From Takakia lepidozioides (Eukaryota > Plantae > Bryophyta): a stretch of DNA of 15,000 nucleotides. Made by a program: the position numbers and the translations under genes. Below the pieces are notes generated by a model, which searched no databases, had not been told where the DNA came from, and saw only the letters and a program-made list of their open reading frames with translations. This document shows positions 10,901 to 15,000 of this stretch, piece by piece. The DNA lies in assembly GCA_030704615.1 (NCBI GenBank), contig JAKLZA010000248.1, forward strand, positions 1-15,000. Reading direction: 5' to 3'. How positions within the stretch are numbered: position 1 is the first letter of the stretch; the number at the start of each line of letters is the position of its first letter.

Positions 10901-13900
10901 GTAGGGGGTGGATTCATTGTATTTTTTGAGGAAAGCGATCTGATGGACAATCTCCACAGGTGACGACGAATGCGCAAGAGCAGCTGGACACACAAGCACA
11001 TCAGTTCAAGATGGAGATATCTCCTGCAGCAGAGAGCCTACGTGACTATGTGACGAGGTACTTTCTGCTCTACAAAACCAACCTATTCTTTCGGGAGATA
11101 GCAGATGCTCGCCGGAGCCACGAGTTCACCGACCAGCCGAACGCGGACAAAGCAGCAATGCGCCTTCTGTACAGGTACATACGCGCTGCCTTTCTTTCAA
11201 GTCCTGGCATTTCAGGATGTTAGAGGCCTCAAGTGGTGTTAGGGAAAATGGCGCCGAATTTCCAGTCAGGGCTCCGAAAATGGCTAAGTCCCTAGACTGG
11301 CTGGCCCGGAACTGGAAATTCGGCGCCATTTTCCAGTTCCAGGCCCTATTGCCGTTCAGGGACTTAGCCATTTTCGGCCTAAGTCCCTAGACTGGCTGGC
11401 CCTGAAGTGGAAATTCGGCGCCATTTCCAGTTTTAGGCCCTATTGCCGTTCAGGGACTTAGCCATTTTCGGCCTAAGTCCCTAGTGTGGCTGGCCCGGAA
11501 CTGGAAATTCGGCGCCGTTTTCCAGTTCTAGGCCCTATTGCCGTCCAGGGACTTAGCCATTTTCGGGCTAAGTCCCTAGACTGGCTGGCCCTGAACTGGA
11601 AATTCGGCGCCATTTTCCAGTTCCAGGCCCTATTGCCGTTCAGGGACTTAGCCATTTTCGGGCTAAGTCCCTAGACTGGCTGGCCCTGAAGTGGAAATTC
11701 GGCGCCATTATTCCAGTTTAGGCCCTATTGCCGTTCAGGGACTTAGCCATTTTCGGCTAAGTCCCTAGGGTGGCTGGCCCGGAACTGGAAATTCGGCGCC
11801 GTTTTCCAGTTCTAGGCCCTATTGCCGTCCAGGGACTTAGCCATTTTCGGGCTAAGTCCCTAGGTGGCTGGCCCGGAACTGGAAATTCGGCGCCATTTTC
11901 CAGTTCTAGGCCCTATTGCCGTTCAGGGACTTAGCCATTTTCGGCTAAGTCCCTAGACTGGTGGCCCTGAACTGGAAATTCGGCGCCATTTTCCAGTTCC
12001 AGGCCGTATTGCCGTTCAGGGACTTAGCCATTTTCGGGCTAAGTCCCTAGACTGGGTGGCCCTGAAGTGGAAATTCGGCGCCATATTCCAGTTGTAGGCC
12101 CTATTGCCGTTCAGGGACTTAGCCATTTTTGGTCTAAGTCCCTACGGTGGCTGGCCAGGAACTGGAAATTCGGCGCCGTTTTCCAGTTCTAGGCCCTATT
12201 GCCGTCCAGGGACTTAGCCATTTTCGGGCTAAGTCCCTAGGGTGGCTGGCCCGGAACTGGAAATTCGGCGCCGTTTTCCAGTTCTAGGCCCTATTGCCGT
12301 CCAGGGACTTAGCCATTTTTGGGCTAAGTCCCTAGACTGGCTGGCTCTGAACTGGAAATTCGGCGCCATTTTCCAGTTCCAGGCCGTATTGCCGTTCAGG
12401 GACTTAGCCATTTTCGGGCTAAGTCCCTAGACTGGGTGGCCCTGAAGTGGAAATTCGGCGCCATATTCCGGTTGTAGGCCCTATTGCCATTCAGGGACTT
12501 AGCCATTTTCGGACCTCATTGTGTTTTTCATGAATGCAGGTACTGTAAGTTCTCCCTTTTGGAGAAAGGTCATCTGGCTTTCGAGCCACCATTCTTCCTG
12601 GCATGGAGGAACCCTGGGGCTGACTCCATGTACACTGACGATATTGTGAAGGAGTGGCATCTGGAACATTTGCGTGATTGCCCTTGGTATGTGGACCTTC
12701 CGCCCGGCTCGCTCGACCCATCCGAGTTTCAATTGAAGCTGGATGCTGAATTCCGACGAAACCGGGCTCCGCTGCCTCCGTTGGGTGCAAAAGAGGCAAA
12801 AGCGCTTGCGAACTCCAGGAAAGCAGTAGAGCTTGCTCAGGCAGGAATTCAGGAGAAATTGCATGAGAAGAGTAAAGGTCAAAGGAAAAGGACAAGGAAA
12901 CAGGTGACTGCAGTAACACCCAAAAAGAAGAAAACCATCGGGGCATCGGAGGAGGCGCAGGAGGGGACCCAAGAGAGTGACTTCGACGCCGATTTTGTTC
13001 AAGGTCCTGCGACTGCTGTTGCTCCTACCCAGTCACCGGTCGTCCGGGTTCCCAAGTCAGTTCGGAGTGGGACTGGCTCTGCCAAGAAGTTGGCATTTGA
13101 GGGCGAGCCTACACGGCGGTATTCGGCGGTGACGTTTACGCACAGGCCAAAGCTAGAACCTCCAACCATCATCCAATGCATCAATGAGAGCTTCCTTGAC
13201 GCTCTCGCTGCCAGGGCGAAGAAGGTGGCACACAACAAGTCTCTGGCGGAGCAGAAGGGGAAAGCCAAGAAGAGGGCTGCCGGTACAGAGCCTAAAGACA
13301 CCCCTGGTTTTGAAGCCATGATGGAATTCTTCACGGCTGTGAGCACGAATTGCAAGAGCACTCGGGGGGGGGTTGAGGTGGAGAGAGCTTGCGACATGAT
13401 TCTCCTCGACATTCCAGATGGGGAGCTGCTGGAGGGCCTGGATGGTGTGCCCACCTGGAACAGGTTTACTGAGGACTACTGGAAAGCCGGGTTTGGGCTG
13501 GCGGGGATGCTTCTGGATGACGGTGGATGTGTGGTTGTCCTTGCCACGAGAGGGAAGACCACAGAGAATGCGGTGGCAAGGTGGACACCGAAAAGTGTCA
13601 CCCCGGTCCTCCTCAGAAAATGGTTCTGCATCAGTACGCAGGGGTTGCGAACAGAGGGCCAAAGTGTAAGTTATCAATCTATTGCATTCACTTCATATTG
13701 TGGTGTATGTTAAGTAGACCCTGGAATTGATCCCTTCTTTGTTGGATGTGCAGACATTGGTGTTTGAGGCATATTGCTTTGTGAAGAGAGGGTCTACGTT
13801 CAAATTCCGCAACGACGGTCGTCTTGTTGATGCCGCTGTGGACCTTGTAACCTACGATGTCCTCTACAACTATGTGCCCCACTCTAGTATGCCGAAGGAC

Positions 13901-14890
13901 ACAAAGACAGGCAAACCGTGGCGGTACAGCCGGACCCGGAGCCCTGCTTTCATCCAAACCCTCATGGAGACGTGCTCGGATGTCCAAGGGCGGATTCTGG
14001 ACCTCACATGCGGCACGGGTAAGCCTTCACGTGCTCAGTTTGTCCCCTGGCCCCATTGCAATTGCATGCCGCAAGCTATTAACCGCCCGCTTTGTTCCTC
14101 AGGTGCTTCAATGTGGGCAGGGACGTTGTCCGACAGGCATGTGTTCGCCTTCGAGCCAGATACTGCCCTCCACAACTCGGAACTTGCAGCGGCTGAACGT
14201 CTGCCGAAAGAGGAAGAGGCATCCTCGGAGGATGAGGAAAAATCCGAGAAGGAGCAGGGGGAGGAAGTTGGGATCGAGGCCGAGGAGCCCCCGGTTTACG
14301 AGTGAGTGGTGGCATTGTAAGTTGCCTCTAGATTTTGTGAGGCACCTCCCTCCGCTCTCTTATTTCATTGAAAACCCTTTCTGGTTGTGCTGGTATTGAC
14401 ATTCTTCAAGTGGATTTGTTCTTACTGTAGGATGCCAAGTACTGCCGGAGGGACGTCTACACCGGAGTTCATGGGCAGGAGGAACGTGCCTTTTTTTGCC
14501 AGGGGGGATTTCATGCCTAGTCCAGAAAGGGAGTACATCCTTCCTACTTATGCTGCCCGGCTTGCTTCGGTGTCCATTAGGAGGTGTTCCGAACGTAGTC
14601 GTGTACAGCAGATTTTAGACGAGGCAAGCCTCAAGAAAATGAAGATGAGGGAGGAGGCAGCAGCTATTAGAGCCCATCGGGCTCGTAGATTTGTGTTGGA
14701 TTCTGCTGAGGAAAGTGGGGGAGAAGACGCAGAAGATTCCCAGGAGGTGAGGTGGACAGTCCCCCAAGGAGAGGACGGGATTTTTGAGAGGCATAGTGGA
14801 ACTGATGCATCACAGAGCTCGGAGGATGAGGGGGATGAGGGGGATGAGGAAGAAGGTGGGGCAAGTTCCTCGGAGGGTGTAGGAGAGTAG
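7983..14890 (+). CDS. Multi-exon ParB/Srx-like domain + beta-class N6A/N4C DNA methyltransferase-like protein, ~1494 aa; join(7983..8159,8519..9959,10078..10267,10371..10653,10739..10864,10960..11174,12540..13665,13754..14018,14103..14301,14431..14890) with three 1-bp deletions (~9392, ~10435, ~10537)
   Basis: Eight GT-AG introns with matching phases on both sides (e.g. TC|GTAAGC..CTGCAG|G, AG|GTACAT..ATGCAG|G, G|GTAAGC..CCTCAG|GT, GA|GTGAGT..CTGTAG|G). Exon total is 4482 nt; adding the 3 missing bases gives 1495 codons ending at TAG 14888-14890. The first exon and its GC-AG intron (8160..8518) are less certain. Confidence 0.75.
9500..9959 (+). other. ParB/Sulfiredoxin-like N-terminal domain
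   Basis: VVRPALPGDIDKLKFSF resembles the ParB PR...L..SI segment, and FYVWDGNHRLLAW (DGNHR at 9805-9819) matches the ParB/Srx (D)GxxR signature followed by a helix. Confidence 0.75.
11175..12539 (+). other. Long intron (1365 bp) of the ParB-MTase gene, almost entirely tandem repeat
   Basis: TAC AG|GTACAT donor and ATGCAG|G TAC acceptor, phase 2 on both sides, giving LLYR-YCKF. Confidence 0.8.
11245..12512 (+). repeat. Intronic tandem array: 13 x ~95-bp units, each with two hairpins
   Basis: CTAAGTCCC starts at 11284, 11379, 11473, 11568, 11663, 11757, 11852, 11945, 12039, 12134, 12229, 12324 and 12419. Units contain GAACTGGAAATTCGGCGCCATTTTCCAGTTC and AGGGACTTAGCC-loop-GGCTAAGTCCCT. Confidence 0.97.
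13385..14170 (+). other. Beta-class amino-DNA methyltransferase-like domain (N6_N4_Mtase type), split by two introns
   Basis: Motif IV-like CDMILLDIPDG (13390-13422), LLDDGGCVVV (LKxxG equivalent), EAYCFVK, RSPAFIQTLMETCS (motif X-like), motif I GRILDLTCGT|GASMWA, and RHVFAFEPD (motif II-like). Catalytic motif before the SAM-binding motif is the beta permutation. Confidence 0.75.
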
Positions 14891-14953
14891 TGCCCATTCC
14901 GGCTATGACAGTTAGAACACACTTGTATAGACGTGGCTTGCCACAAAATTTGC

Positions 14954-14959
14954 AATAAA
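14954..14959 (+). promoter_or_regulatory. Candidate polyadenylation signal AATAAA
   Basis: AATAAA about 64 nt downstream of the stop codon at 14890. Confidence 0.35.
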
Positions 14960-15000
14960 ATGTTGCATTTCAAGTCCACTGGTGCCACATTCCAACTTCA

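Larger units (their letters stand above)
760..14890. mobile_element. Mutator-like (MULE) DNA transposon interior: transposase, divergent ParB-methyltransferase cargo gene and shared palindromic repeat arrays; termini not identified
   Basis: MULE DDE transposase on the minus strand. The same GAAATTCGGCGCC motif family occurs on both sides of the transposase and inside an intron of the second gene, tying both genes to one unit. No TIR or TSD recognised, so the boundaries are minimal estimates. Confidence 0.75.

Noticed and set aside
11245-12512. CRISPR, integron attC or REP-type array
   Set aside because: Near-identical head-to-tail 95-bp units with no variable spacers or cassettes, lying inside a phase-consistent GT-AG intron.
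8543-14890. Prokaryotic operon of separate small genes (parB, MTase and others)
   Set aside because: ORF boundaries coincide with phase-compatible GT-AG splice sites and AT-rich introns, giving a single spliced gene.
14900-15000. Terminal inverted repeat matching the left end of the window
   Set aside because: Only short GTGGC/GCCAC matches; no extended inverted identity or TSD.

Overview
Eukaryotic, intron-containing DNA (probably a non-seed land plant or other streptophyte; this is an inference) that appears to be the interior of a large Mutator-like (MULE) DNA transposon. Minus strand: a two-exon, ~1170-aa MULE DDE transposase with a GCM/WRKY-type zinc DNA-binding domain, D-D-(CxxH)-E core, an extra Cys-rich module and a C-terminal SWIM finger (ATG 4946, stop 1357). 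Plus strand, divergent: a ~10-exon, ~1490-aa gene (about 7983-14890) that joins a ParB/Srx-like domain (VWDGNHR) to a prokaryote-type beta-class amino (N6A/N4C) DNA methyltransferase domain (DIPD ... ILDLTCGTG), with basic NLS-like patches and an acidic tail. Three non-coding compartments (downstream of the transposase, the intergenic spacer, and one intron of the ParB-MTase gene) are filled with tandem arrays of different unit lengths that all carry the same palindromic core GAAATTCGGCGCC(GAATTTC), about 45-50 copies by manual count. Transposase plus ParB-MTase cargo plus amplified palindromic sites suggests a transposon-encoded, sequence-specific self-marking or anti-silencing system. Five single-base frameshifts, all in short G/C runs, interrupt the two genes (long-read error or early decay). 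The element ends were not identified in the window.
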